This document shows, one piece after another, positions 34,001 to 49,000 of a stretch of 64,000 nucleotides of DNA. How positions within the stretch are numbered: position 1 is the first letter of the stretch; every line of letters starts with the position of its first letter. This DNA comes from Utricularia gibba (taxonomy: Eukaryota > Plantae > Magnoliophyta), in NCBI GenBank assembly GCA_002189035.1, contig NEEC01000042.1, forward strand, positions 1 through 64,000, given 5' to 3'. A program made the position numbers and the translations under genes. Under the pieces are notes generated by a model. That model worked only from the letters and a program-made list of their open reading frames with translations, was not told where the DNA came from and ran no database searches.

Positions 34001-37000
34001 GTAGCCCGCAAAGAAAGTGATGTATTTATTAACATTCAGTTTTCGGGGGCTGCCTACATGGTTTTTCAAGGAACATATTCTCGTTTTTTGGCGGCTAGTC
34101 TCATTGGGAACCTGGTCCTAGACCCCGATTCTGTATGGCTCATGGGGTCAACCGGATGCAAATCGATGAATACAATGATGCATTTGTTTAAATTGCGATA
34201 TCACGTGCACCCTACATTATTTTTTCAACAACGTACTTTATACTTGAGGAGGTGGTCTTGGGGGGGAGAGGAACCGGACAAAGGTTAGCATAGGCTTTGG
34301 TCGAAAGTTAGTTGTAGCCCGGCAAAGAAAAGTGATGTATGTATTTACGTTCGGTTTTCGGGGATGCTTACATGGTTTTTCAAGGAACAACTTCTCCTTT
34401 AGTGGCGGCCAGTCTCGCTAGGAACTTGGTCCGGGCCCCTGATTCTTTATGGCTCATGAGGACAAAAGATGCAAATCGATGAATACAATGATGCATTTGT
34501 TTAAATTACGATATCACGTGCACCCCACATCATTTTTTCAACAACTTACTTTATACTTGAGAGGTGGTCTTGGGGGCAAGAGGAACCGGACAAAGGTCAG
34601 CTTAGGCTTGGGCCGAAAGTAAGTTGTAGCCCGGCAAATAAAGTGAAGTATTTATTAACGTTCGGTTTTCGGGTTGCCTACATGGTTTTTCAAGGAACAA
34701 CTTCTCCTTTAGTGGCGGCCAGTCTCGCTAGGAACTTGGTCCGGGCCCCTGATTCTTTATGGCTCATGAGGACAAAAGGATGCAAATCGATGAATACAAT
34801 GATGCATTTGTTTAAATTACGATATCACGTGCACCCCACATCATTTTTTCAACAACTTACTTTATACTTGAAGAGGCGGTCTTGGGTGCACCTAGAACGG
34901 GACAAAGGTCAGGTTGGGCTTTGCCAGAGAGTTAGTTGTAGCCCGGCAAAGAAAGTGATGTATTTATTAACGTTCGGTTTTCGGGGTTGCCTACATGGTT
35001 TTTCAAGGAAAGCTTCTCGTTTTGTGGCGGCCGCTCTCGCAGGGAACTTGGTCCGGGCCCCCGATGCTATATGGCTCATGAGGTCAACCAGATGCAAATC
35101 GATGAAGACAAGCATGCTTTTTTTTAATTACGATATCACGTGCAGCCCACATGATTTTTTCAACAACTTACTTTATACTTGAGGAGGCGGTCTTGGGGTG
35201 CACCTGGAACGGATAAAGGTCAGCTTAGGCTTGGCCGAAAGTAAGTTGTAGCCCGCAAAGAAAGTGATGTATTTATCAAGGTTCGGTTTTCGGGGTTGCC
35301 AACATGGTTTTTCAAGGAACAGCTTCTCGTTTTGTGGCGGCCAGTATCGCAAGGAACTTGGTCCGGGCGCCTGATTCTTTATGGCTCATGAGGACAAAAG
35401 TATGCAAATCGATGAAAAAAATGATGCATTTGTTTAAATTACGATATCACGTGCACCCTACATGATTTTTTCAACAACTTACTTTATACTTGAGGAGGTG
35501 TCTTGGGGGCAAGGAACCGGACAAAGGTCAGCTTAGGCTTGGCCGAAAGTAAGTTGTAGCCCGGCAAAGAAAGTGATGTATTTATTAACATTCAGTTTTC
35601 GGGGCTGCCTACATGGTTTTTCAAGGAACATATTCTCGTTTTTTGGCGGCTAGTCTCATTGGGAACCTGGTCCTAGACCCCGATTCTGTATGGCTCATGG
35701 GTCAACCGGATGCAAATCGATGAATACAATGATGCATTTGTTTAAATTACGATATCACGTGCACCCCACATCATTTTTTCAACAACTTACTTTATACTTG
35801 AGGAGGTGGTCTTGGGGCAAGAGGAACCGGACAAGGTCAGCTTAGGCTTGGGCCGAAAGTAAGTTGTAGCCCGGCAAAGAAAGTGATGTATTTATTAACG
35901 TTCGGTTTTCGGGTTGCCTACATGGTTTTTCAAGGAACAACTTCTCTTTAGTGGCGGCCAGTCTCGCTAGGAACTTGGTCCGGGCCCCTGATTCTTTATG
36001 GCTCAAGAGGACAAAAGGATGCAAATCGATGAATACAATGATGCATTTGTTTAAATTACGATATCACGTGCACCCCACATCATTTTTTCAACAACTTACT
36101 TTATACTTGAAGAGGCGGTCTTGGGGTGCACCTAGAACGGGACAAAGGTCAGGTTGGGCTTTGCCAGAGAGTTAGTTGTAGCCCGGCAAAGAAAGTGATG
36201 TATTTATTAACGTTCGGTTTTCGGGGTTGCCTACATGGTTTTTCAACGAAAAGCTTCTCGTTTTGTGGCGGCCGCTCTCGCAGGGAACTTGGTCCGGGCC
36301 CCCGATGCTATATGGCTCATGAGGTCAACCAGATGCAAATCGATGAAGACAAGCATGCTTTTTTTTAATTACGATATCACGTGCAGCCCACATGATTTTT
36401 TCAACAACTTACTTTATACTTGAGGAGGCGGTCTTGGGGTGCACCTGGAACGGGATAAAGGTCAGGTTGGGCTTTGCCAGAGAGTTAGTTGTAGCCCGGC
36501 AAAGAAAGTGATGTATTTATTAACGTTCGGTTTTCGGGGTTGCCTACATGGTTTTTCAAGGAACAGCTTCTCGTTTTGTGGCGGCCGCTCTCGCAGGGAA
36601 CTTGGTCCGGGCCCCCGATGCTATATGGCTCATGAGGTCAACCAGATGCAAATCGATGAAGACAAGCATGCTTTTTTTTTAATTACGATATCACGTGCAG
36701 CCCACATGATTTTTTCAACAACTTACTTTATACTTGAGGAGGCGGTCTTGGGGTGCACCTGGAACGGGATAAAGGTCAGCTTAGGCTTGGGCCGAAAGTA
36801 AGTTGTAGCCCGGCAAAGAAAGTGATGTATTTATCAAGGTTCGGTTTTCGGGGTTGCCAACATGGTTTTTCAAGGAACAGCTTCTCGTTTTGTGGCGGCC
36901 AGTATCGCAAGAAACTTGGTCCGGGCGCCTGATTCTTTATGGCTCATGAGGACAAAAGTATGCAAATCGATGAAAAAAATGATGCATTTGTTTAAATTAC

Positions 37001-40000
37001 GATATCACGTGCACCCTACATGATTTTTTCAAACACTTACTTTATACTTGAGGAGGTGGTCTTGGGGGCAAGAGGAACCGGACAAAGGTCAGCTTAGGCT
37101 TGGGCCGAAAGTAAGTTGTAGCCCGTCAAAGAAAGTGATGTATTTATTAACATTCAGTTTTCGGGGCTGCCTACATGGTTTTTCAAGGAACATATTCTCG
37201 TTTTTTGGCGGCTAGTCTCATTGGGAACCTGGTCCTAGACCCCGATTCTGTATGGCTCATGGGGTCAACCGGATGCAAATCGATGAATACAATGATGCAT
37301 TTGTTTAAATTGCGATATCACGTGCACCCTACATATTTTTTCAACAACGTACTTTATACTTGAGGAGGTGGTCTTGGGGGGAGAGGAACCGGACAAAGGT
37401 TAGCATAGGCTTTGGTCGAAAGTTAGTTGTAGCCCGGCAAAGAAAAGTGATGTATGTATTTACGTTCGGTTTTCGGGGATGCTTACATGGTTTTTCAAGG
37501 AACAACTTCTCCTTTAGTGGCGGCCAGTCTCGCTAGGAACTTGGTCCGGGCCCCTGATTCTTTATGGCTCATGAGGACAAAAGATGCAAATCGATGAATA
37601 CAATGATGCATTTGTTTAAATTACGATATCACGTGCACCCCACATCATTTTTTCAACAACTTACTTATACTTGAGAGGTGGTCTTGGGGGCAAGAGGAAC
37701 CGGACAAAGGTCAGCTTAGGCTTGGCCGAAAGTAAGTTGTAGCCCGGCAAATAAAGTGAAGTATTTATTAACGTTCGGTTTTCGAGGTTGCCTACATGGT
37801 TTTTCAAGGAACAACTTCTCCTTTAGTGGCGGCCAGTCTCGCTAGGAACTTGGTCCGGGCCCCTGATTCTTTATGGCTCAAGAGGACAAAAGGATGCAAA
37901 TCGATGAATACAATGATGCATTTGTTTAAATTACGATATCACGTGCACCCCACATCATTTTTTCAACAACTTACTTTATACTTGAGGAGGCGGTCTTGGG
38001 GTGCACCTAGAACGGGACAAAGGTCAGGTTGGGCTTTGCCAGAGAGTTAGTTGTAGCCCGGCAAAGAAAGTGATGTATTTATTAACGTTCGGTTTTCGGG
38101 GTTGCCTACATGGTTTTTCAAGGAAAGCTTCTCGTTTTGTGGCGGCCGCTCTCACAGGGAACTTGGTCCGGGCCCCGATGCTATATGGCTCATGAGGTCA
38201 ACCAGATGCAAATCGATGAAGACAAGCATGCTTTTTTTTAATTACGATATCACGTGCAGCCCACATGATTTTTCAACAACTTACTTTATACTTGAGGAGG
38301 CGGTCTTGGGGTGCACCTGGAACGGATAAAGGTCAGCTTAGGCTTGGGCCGAAAGTAAGTTGTAGCCCGGCAAAGAAAGTGATGTATTTATCAAGGTTCG
38401 GTTTTCGGGGTTGCCAACATGGTTTTTCAAGGAACAGCTTCTCGTTTTGTGGCGGCCAGTATCGCAAGGAACTTGGTCCGGGCCCCTGATTCTTTATGGC
38501 TCATGAGGACAAAAGTATGCAAATCGATGAAAAAAATGATGCATTTGTTTAAATTACGATATCACGTGCACCCTACATGATTTTTTCAACAACTTACTTT
38601 ATACTTGAGGAGGTGTCTTGGGGGCAAGAGGAACCGGACAAAGGTCAGCTTAGGCTTGCCGAAAGTAAGTTGTAGCCCGGCAAAGAAAGTGATGTATTTA
38701 TTAACGTTCAGTTTTCGGGCTGCCTACATGGTTTTTCAAGGAACATATTCTCGTTTTTTGGCGGCTAGTCTCATTGGGAACCTGGTCCTAGACCCCGATT
38801 CTGTATGGCTCATGGGGTCAACCGGATGCAAATCGATGAATACAATGATGCATTTGTTTAAATTACGATATCACGTGCACCCACATCATTTTTTCAACAA
38901 CTTACTTATACTTGATGAGGTGGTCTTGGGGGCAAGAGGAACCGGACAAGGTCAGCTTAGGCTTGGGCCGAAAGTAAGTTGTAGCCCGGCAAAAAAAGTG
39001 AAGTATTTATTAACGTTCGGTTTTCGGGTTGCCTACATGGTTTTTCAAGGAACAACTTCTCCTTTAGTGGCGGCCAGTCTCGCTAGGAACTTGGTCCGGG
39101 CCCCTGATTCTTTATGGCTCAAGAGGACAAAAGGATGCAAATCGATGAATACAATGATGCATTTTAAATTACGATATCACGTGCACCCCACATCATTTTT
39201 TCAACAACTTACTTTATACTTGAAGGAGCGGTCTTGGGGTGCACCTAGAACGGACAAAGGTCAGTTGGCTTTGCCAAGTTAGTTGTAGCCCGGCAAAAAA
39301 AGTGATGTATTTATTAACGTTCGGTTTTCGGGGTTGCCTACATGGTTTTTCAACGAAATGCTTCTCTTTTGTGGCGGCCGCTCGCAGGGAACTTGGTCCG
39401 GGCCCCCGATGCTTATGGCTCATGAGGTCAACCAGATGCAAATCGATGAAGAAGCATGCTTTTTTTTAATTACGATATCACGTGCACCCACATGATTTTT
39501 TCAACAACTTACTTTATACTTGAGGAGGCGGTCTTGGGTGCACCTGGAACGGATAAAGGTCAGGTTAGGCTTTGCCAGAAAGTTAGTTGTAGCCCGGCAA
39601 AGAAAGTGTTGTATTTATTAACGTTCGGTTTTCGGGTTGCCTACATTTTTTCAACGAAAAGCTTCTCGTTTTGTGGCGGCCGCTCTCGCAGGGAACTTGG
39701 TCCGGGCCCCCGATGCTATATGGCTCATGAGGTCAACCAGATGCAAATCGATGAAGACAAGCATGCTTTTTTTAATTACGATATCACGTGCACCCACATG
39801 ATTTTTTCAACAACTTACTTTATACTTGAGAGGCGGTCTTGGGTGCACCTGAAACGGATAAAGGTCAGGTTGGGCTTGCCAGAGAGTTAGTTGTAGCCCG
39901 GCAAAGAAAGTGTTGTATTTATAAGGTTCGGTTTTCGGGGTTGCCAACATGGTTTTTCAAGGAACAGCTTCTCGTTTTGTGGCGGCCGCTCTCGCAGGGA

Positions 40001-43000
40001 ACTTGGTCCGGGCCCCGATGCTATATGGCTCATGAGGTCAACCAGATGCAAATCGATGAAGACAAGCATGCTTTTTTTTAATTACGATATCACGTGCAGC
40101 CCACATGATTTTTTCAACAACTTACTTTATACTTGAGGAGGCGGTCTTGGGTGCACCTGGAACGGGATAAAGGTCAGCTTAGGCATGGGCCGAAAGTAAG
40201 TTGTAGCCCGGCAAAGAAAGTGATGTATTTATTCAAGGTTCGGTTTTCGGGGTTGCCAACATGGTTTTTCAAGGAACAGCTTCTCGTTTTGTGGCGGCCA
40301 GTATCGCAAGAACTTGGTCCGGGCGCCTGATTCTTTATGGCTCATGAGGACAAAAGTATGCAAATCGATGAAAAAAAATGATGCATTTGTTTAAATTACG
40401 ATATCACGTGCACCCTACATGATTTTTTCAAAACACTTACTTTATACTTGAGGAGGTGGTCTTGGGGGCAAGAGGAACCGGACAAAGGTCAGCTTAGGCT
40501 TGGGCCGAAAGTAAGTTGTAGCCCGCAAAGAAAGTGATGTATTTATTAACATTCAGTTTTCGGGGCTGCCTACATGGTTTTTCAAGGAACATATTCTCGT
40601 TTTTGGCGGCTAGTCTCATTGGGAACTGGTCCTAGACCCCGATTCTGTATGGCTCATGGGGTCAACCGGATGCAAATCGATGAATACAATGATGCATTTG
40701 TTTAAATTGCGATATCACGTGCACCCTACATTATTTTTTCAACAACGTACTTTATACTTGAGGAGGTGGTCTTGGGGGGGGAGAGGAACCGGACAAAGGT
40801 TAGCATAGGCTTTGGTCGAAAGTTAGTTGTAGCCCGGCAAAGAAAAGTGATGTATGTATTTACGTTCGGTTTTCGGGGATGCTTACATGGTTTTTCAAGG
40901 AACAACTTCTCCTTTAGTGGCGGCCAGTCTCGCTAGGAACTTGGTCCGGGCCCCTGATTCTTTATGGCTCATGAGGACAAAAGATGCAAATCGATGAATA
41001 CAATGATGCATTTGTTTAAATTACGATATCACGTGCACCCCACATCATTTTTTCAACAACTTACTTATACTTGAGAGGTGGTCTTGGGGCAAGAGGAACC
41101 GGACAAAGGTCAGCTTAGGCTTGGGCCGAAAGTAAGTTGTAGCCCGGCAAAGAAAGTGAAGTATTTATTAACGTTCGGTTTTCGGGTTGCCTACATGGTT
41201 TTTCAAGGAACAACTTCTCCTTTAGTGGCGGCCAGTCTCGCTAGGAACTTGGTCCGGGCCCCTGATTCTTTATGGCTCAAGAGGACAAAAGGATGCAAAT
41301 CGATGAATACAATGATGCATTTGTTTAAATTACGATATCACGTGCACCCCACATCATTTTTTCAACAACTTACTTTATACTTGAAGAGGCGGTCTTGGGT
41401 GCACCTAGAACGGGAAAGGTCAGGTTGGGCTTTGCCAGAGAGTTAGTTGTAGCCCGGCAAAGAAAGTGATGTATTTATTAACGTTCGGTTTTCGGGGTTG
41501 CCTACATGGTTTTTCAAGGAAAGCTTCTCGTTTTGTGGCGGCCGCTCTCGCAGGGAACTTGGTCCGGGCCCCCGATGCTATATGGCTCATGAGGTCAACC
41601 AGATGCAAATCGATGAAGACAAGCATGCTTTTTTTTTAATTACGATATCACGTGCACCCACATGATTTTTTCAACAACTTACTTTATACTTGAGGAGGCG
41701 GTCTTGGGTGCACCTGGAACGGATAAAGGTCAGCTTAGGCTTGGCCGAAAGTAAGTTGTAGCCCGCAAAGAAAGTGATGTATTTATCAAGGTTCGGTTTT
41801 CGGGTTGCCAACATGGTTTTTCAAGGAACAGCTTCTCGTTTTGTGGCGGCCAGTATCGCAAGGAACTTGGTCCGGGCGCCTGATTCTTTATGGCTCATGA
41901 GGACAAAGATGCAAATCGATGAAAAAAATGATGCATTTTTTAAATTACGATATCACGTGCACCCTACATGATTTTTTCAACAACTTACTTTATACTTGAG
42001 GAGGTGTCTTGGGGGCAAGAGGAACCGGACAAAGGTCAGCTTAGGCTTGGCCGAAAGTAAGTTGTAGCCCGGCAAAGAAAGTGATGTATTTATTAACATT
42101 CAGTTTTCGGGGCTGCCTACATGGTTTTTCAAGGAACATATTCTCGTTTTTTGGCGGCTAGTCTCATTGGGAACCTGGTCCTAGACCCCGATTCTGTATG
42201 GCTCATGGGGTCAACCGGATGCAAATCGATGAATACAATGATGCATTTGTTTAAATTACGATATCACGTGCACCCTACATCATTTTTTCAACAACGTACT
42301 TTATACTTGAGGAGGTGGTCTTGGGGGGAGAGGAACCGGACAAAGGTTAGCATAGGCTTGGTCGAAAGTAAGTTGTAGCCCGGCAAAGAAAGTGGTATTT
42401 ACGTTCGGTTTTCGGGGATGCTTACATGGTTTTTCAAGGAACAACTTCTCTTTAGTGCGGCCAGTCTCGCTAGGAACTTGGTCCGGGCCCCTGATTCTTT
42501 ATGGCTCAAGAGGACAAAAGGATGCAAATCGATGAATACAATGATGCATTTGTTTAAATTACGATATCACGTGCACCCCACATCTTTTTTTCAACAACTT
42601 ACTTTATACTTGAAGAGGCGGTCTTGGGGTGCAGAGAACGGACAAAGGTCAGTTGGGCTTTGAGTTAGTTGTAGCCCGGCAAAGAAAGTGATGTATTTAT
42701 TAACGTTCGGTTTTCGGGGTTGCCTACATGGTTTTTCAACGAAAAGCTTCTCGTTTTGTGCGGCCGCTCTCGCAGGGAACTTGGTCCGGGCCCCCGATGC
42801 TATATGGCTCATGAGGTCAACCAGATGCAAATCGATGAAGACAAGATGCTTTTTTTAATTACGATATCACGTGCACCCACATGATTTTTTCAACAACTTA
42901 CTTTATACTTGAGGAGGGGTCTTGGGTGCACCTGGAACGGATAAAGGTCAGGTTGGGCTTTGCCGAAAGTTAGTTGTAGCCCGGCAAAGAAAGTGATGTA

Positions 43001-46000
43001 TTTATTAACGTTCGGTTTTCGGGTTGCCTACATGGTTTTTCAACGAAAAGCTTCTCGTTTTGTGGCGGCCGCTCTCGCAGGGAACTTGGTCCGGGCCCCC
43101 GATCTATATGGCTCATGAGGTCAACCAGATGCAAATCGATGAAGACAAGCATGCTTTTTTTAATTACGATATCACGTGCAGCCACATGATTTTTTCAACA
43201 ACTTACTTTATACTTGAGGAGGCGGTCTTGGGGTGCACCTGGAACGGGACAAAGGTCAGCTTAGGCTTGGCCGAAAGTAAGTTGTAGCCCGGCAAAAAGA
43301 AAGTGTATTTATTAAGTTCGGTTTTCGGGTTGCCTACATGGTTTTTCAAGGAACAGCTTCTCGTTTTGTGGCGGCCGCTCTCGCAGGGAACTTGGTCCGG
43401 GCCCCCGATCTATATGGCTCATGAGGTCAACCAGATGCAAATCGATGAAGACAAGCATGCTTTTTTTTAATTACGATATCACGTGCAGCCCACATGATTT
43501 TTTCAACAACTTACTTTATACTTGAGGAGGCGGTCTTGGGGTGCACCTGGAACGGGATAAAGGTCAGTTGGGCTTTGCCAGAAAGTTAGTTGTAGCCCGG
43601 CAAAGAAAGTGTTGTATTTATTAACGTTCGGTTTTCGGGGTTGCCTACATGGTTTTTCAACGAAAAGCTTCTCGTTTTGTGGCGGCCGCTCTCGCAGGGA
43701 ACTTGGTCCGGGCCCCCGATCTATATGGCTCATGAGGTCAACCAGATGCAAATCGATGAAGACAAGCATGCTTTTTTTAATTACGATATCACGTGCACCC
43801 TACATGATTTTTTCAACAACTTACTTTATACTTGAGGAGGCGGTCTTGGGGTGCACCTGGAACGGGATAAAGGTCAGCTTAGGCTTGGGCCGAAAGTAGT
43901 TGTAGCCCGGCAAAGAAAGTGATGTATTTATAAGGTTCGGTTTTCGGGGTTGCCAACATGGTTTTTCAAGGAACAGCTTCTCTTTTGTGGCGGCCGCTCT
44001 CGCAGGGAACTTGGTCCGGGCCCCCGATGCTATATGGCTCATGAGGTCAACCAGATGCAAATCGATGAAGACAAGCATGCTTTTTTTTTAATTACGATAT
44101 CACGTGCAGCCCACATGATTTTTTCAACAACTTACTTTATACTTGAGGAGGCGGTCTTGGGGTGCACCTGGAACGGGATAAAGGTCAGCTTAGGCTGGGC
44201 CGAAAGTAAGTTGTAGCCCGGCAAAGAAAGTGATGTATTTATCAAGGTTCGGTTTTCGGGGTTGCCAACATGGTTTTTCAAGGAACAGCTTCTCGTTTTG
44301 TGGCGGCCAGTATCGCAAGAAACTTGGTCCGGGCGCCTGATTCTTTATGGCTCATGAGGACAAAAGTATGCAAATCGATGAAAAAAATGATGCATTTGTT
44401 TAAATTACGATATCACGTGCACCCTACATGATTTTTTTAAAAACTTACTTTATACTTGAGGAGGTGGTCTTGGGGGGCAAGAGGAACCGGACAAAGGTCA
44501 GCTTAGGCTTGGGCCGAAAGTAAGTTGTAGCCCGCAAAGAAAGTGATGTATTTATTAACATTCAGTTTTCGGGGCTGCCTACATGGTTTTTCAAGGAACA
44601 TATTCTCGTTTTTGGCGGCTAGTCTCATTGGGAACCTGGTCCTAGACCCCGATTCTGTATGGCTCATGGGGTCAACCGGATGCAAATCGATGAATACAAT
44701 GATGCATTTGTTTAAATTGCGATATCACGTGCACCCTACATCATTTTTTCAACAACGTACTTTATACTTGAGGAGGTGGTCTTGGGGGGAGAGGAACCGG
44801 ACAAAGGTTAGCATAGGCTTTGGTCGAAAGTTAGTTGTAGCCCGGCAAAGAAAAGTGATGTATTATTTACGTTCGGTTTTCGGGTGCTTACATGGTTTTT
44901 CAAGGAACAACTTCTCCTTTAGTGGCGGCCAGTCTCGCTAGGAACTTGGTCCGGGCCCCTGATTCTTTATGGCTCATGAGGACAAAAGATGCAAATCGAT
45001 GAAAAAAATGATGCATTTGTTTAAATTACGATATCACGTGCACCCTACATGATTTTTTCAACAACTTACTTTATACTTGAGGAGGTGGTCTTGGGGGGCA
45101 AGAGGAACCGGACAAAGGTCAGCTTAGGCTTGGCCGAAAGTAAGTTGTAGCCCGGCAAAGAAAGTGATGTATTTATTAACATTCAGTTTTCGGGGCTGCC
45201 TACATGGTTTTCAAGGAACATATTCTCGTTTTTTGGCGGCTAGTCTCATTGGGAACCTGGTCCTAGACCCCGATTCTGTATGGCTCATGGGGTCAACCGG
45301 ATGCAAATCGATGAATACAATGATGCATTTGTTTAAATTGCGATATCACGTGCACCCTACATCATTTTTTCAACAACGTACTTTATACTTGAGGAGGTGG
45401 TCTTGGGGGAGAGGAACCGGACAAAGGTTAGCATAGGCTTTGGTCGAAAGTAAGTTGTAGCCCGGCAAAGAAAGTGATATATGTATTTACGTTCGGTTTT
45501 CGGGGATGCTTACATGGTTTTTCAAGGAACAACTTCTCTTTAGTGGCGGCCAGTCTCGCTAGGCTTGGTCCGGGCCCTGATTCTTTATGGCTCAGAGGAC
45601 AAAAGGATGCAAATCGATGAACAATGATGCATTTGTTTAAATTACGATATCACGTGCACCCCACATTTTTTTTTCAACAACTTACTTTATACTTGAAGAG
45701 GCGGTCTTGGGGTGCACCTAGAACGGGACAAAGGTCAGGTTGGGCTTTGAGGTAGCCCGGCAAAGAAAGTGTTGTATTTATTTCGGTTTTCGGGGTTGCC
45801 TACATGGTTTTTCAACGAAAAGCTTCTCGTTTTGTGGCGGCCGTCTCGCAGGGAACTTGGTCCGGGCCCCCGATGCTATATGGCTCATGAGGTCAACCAG
45901 ATGCAAATCGATGAAGACAAGCATGCTTTTTTTTAATTACGATATCACGTGCAGCCCACATGATTTTTTCAACAACTTACTTTATACTTGAGGAGGCGGT

Positions 46001-49000
46001 CTTGGGGTGCACCTGGAACGGGATAAAGGTCAGGTTGGGCTTTGCCAGAAAGTTAGTTGTAGCCCGGCAAAGAAAGTGTTGTATTTATTAACGTTCGGTT
46101 TTCGGGGTTGCCTACATGGTTTTTCAAGAAAAGCTTCTCGTTTTGTGGCGGCCGCTCTCGCAGGGAACTTGGTCCGGGCCCCCGATGCTTATGGCTCATG
46201 AGGTCAACCAGATGCAAATCGATGAAGACAAGCATGCTTTTTTTTAAATTACGATATCACGTGCACCCACATGATTTTTTCAACAACTTACTTTATACTT
46301 GAGGAGGCGGTCTTGGGGTGCACCTGGAACGGGATAAAGGTCAGCTTAGGCTTGGGCCGAAAGTAAGTTGTAGCCCGGCAAAGAAAGTGATGTATTTATC
46401 AAGGTTCGGTTTTCGGGGTTGCCACATGGTTTTTCAAGGAACAGCTTCTCGTTTTGTGGCGGCCGCTCTCGCAGGGAACTTGGTCCGGGCCCCCGATGCT
46501 ATATGGCTCATGAGGTCAACCAGATGCAAATCGATGAAGACAAGCATGCTTTTTTTTAATTACGATATCACGTGCAGCCCACATGATTTTTTCAACAACT
46601 TACTTTATACTTGAGGAGGCGGTCTTGGGGTGCACCTGGAACGGGATAAAGGTCAGCTTAGGCTGGGCCGAAAGTAAGTTGTAGCCCGGCAAAGAAAGTG
46701 ATGTATTTATCAAGGTTCGGTTTTCGGGGTTGCCAACATGGTTTTTCAAGGAACAGCTTCTCGTTTTGTGGCGGCCAGTATCGCAAGAAACTTGGTCCGG
46801 GCCCTGATTCTTTATGGCTCATGAGGACAAAAGTATGCAAATCGATGAAAAAATGATGCATTTGTTTAAATTACGATATCACGTGCACCCTACATGATTT
46901 TTTAAAAACTTACTTTATACTTGAGGAGGTGGTCTTGGGGGGCAAGAGGAACCGGACAAAGGTCAGCTTAGGCTTGGGCCGAAAGTAAGTTGTAGCCCGG
47001 CAAAGAAAGTGATGTATTTATTAACATTCAGTTTTCGGGGCTGCCTACATGGTTTTTCAAGGAACATATTCTCGTTTTTTGGCGGCTAGTCTCATTGGGA
47101 ACTGGTCCTAGACCCCGATTCTGTATGGCTCATGGGGTCAACCGGATGCAAATCGATGAATACAATGATGCATTTGTTTAAATTGCGATATCACGTGCAC
47201 CCTACATCATTTTTTCAACAACGTACTTTATACTTGAGGAGGTGGTCTTGGGGGGGAGAGGAACCGGACAAAGGTTAGCATAGGCTTTGGTCGAAAGTTA
47301 GTTGTAGCCCGGCAAAGAAAGTGATGTATGTATTTACGTTCGGTTTTCGGGGATGCTTACATGGTTTTTCAAGGAACAACTTCTCCTTTAGTGGCGGCCA
47401 GTCTCGCTAGGAACTTGGTCCGGGCCCCTGATTCTTTATGGCTCATGAGGACAAAAGGATGCAAATCGATGAATACAATGATGCATTTGTTTAAATTACG
47501 ATATCACGTGCACCCCACATCATTTTTTCAACAACTTACTTTATACTTGAAGAGGCGGTCTTGGGGTGCACCTAGAACGGGACAAAGGTCAGGTTGGGCT
47601 TTGCCAGAAGTTAGTTGTAGCCCGGCAAAGAAAGTGATGTATTTATTAACGTTCGGTTTTCGGGGTTGCCTACATGGTTTTTCAAGAAAAGCTTCTCGTT
47701 TGTGGCGGCCGCTCTCGCAGGAACTTGGTCCGGGCCCCCGATGCTATATGGCTCATGAGGTCAACCAGATGCAAATCGATGAAGACAAGCATGCTTTTTT
47801 TTTAATTACGATATCACGTGCACCCACATGATTTTTTCAACAACTTACTTTATACTTGAGAGGCGGTCTTGGGGTGCACCTGGAACGGGATAAAGGTCAG
47901 GTTGGGCTTTGCCAGAGAGTTAGTTGTAGCCCGGCAAAGAAAGTGATGTATTTATTAACGTTCGGTTTTCGGGGTTGCCTACATGGTTTTTCAAGAAAAG
48001 CTTCTCGTTTTGTGGCGGCCGCTCTCGCAGGGAACTTGGTCCGGGCCCCGATGCTATATGGCTCATGAGGTCAACCAGATGCAAATCGATGAAGACAAGC
48101 ATGCTTTTTTTTAATTACGATATCACGTGCAGCCCACATGATTTTTTCAACAACTTACTTTATACTTGAGGAGGCGGTCTTGGGGTGCACCTGGAACGGG
48201 ATAAAGGTCAGGTTGGGCTTTGCCAGAAGTTAGTTGTAGCCCGGCAAAGAAAGTGATGTATTTATTAACGTTCGGTTTTCGGGGTTGCCTACATGGTTTT
48301 TCAAGAAAAGCTTCTCGTTTTGTGGCGGCCGTCTCGCAGGGAACTTGGTCCGGGCCCCCGATTCTATATGGCTCATGAGGTCAACCAGATGCAAATCGAT
48401 GAAACAAGATGCTTTTTTTTTAAATTACGATATCACGTGCACCCACATGATTTTTTCAACAACTTACTTTATACTTGAGGAGGCGGTCTTGGGGTGCACC
48501 TGGAACGGGACAAAGGTCAGCTTAGGCTTGGGCCGAAAGTAAGTTGTAGCCCGGCAAAGAAAGTGATGTATTTATTAACGTTCGGTTTTCGGGGTTGCCA
48601 ACATGGTTTTTCAAGGAACAGCTTCTCGTTTTGTGGCGGCCGCTCTCGCAGGGAACTTGGTCCGGGCCCCGATGCTATATGGCTCATGAGGTCAACCAGA
48701 TGCAAATCGATGAAGACAAGATGCTTTTTTTTTAATTACGATATCACGTGCACCCACATGATTTTTTCAACAACTTACTTTATACTTGAGGAGGCGGTCT
48801 TGGGGTGCACCTGGAACGGGATAAAGGTCAGCTTAGGCTGGGCCGAAAGTAAGTTGTAGCCCGGCAAAGAAAGTGATGTATTTATCAAGGTTCGGTTTTC
48901 GGGGTTGCCAACATGGTTTTTCAAGGAACAGCTTCTCGTTTTGTGGCGGCCAGTCTCGCAAGAAACTTGGTCCGGGCCCTGATTCTTTATGGCTCATGAG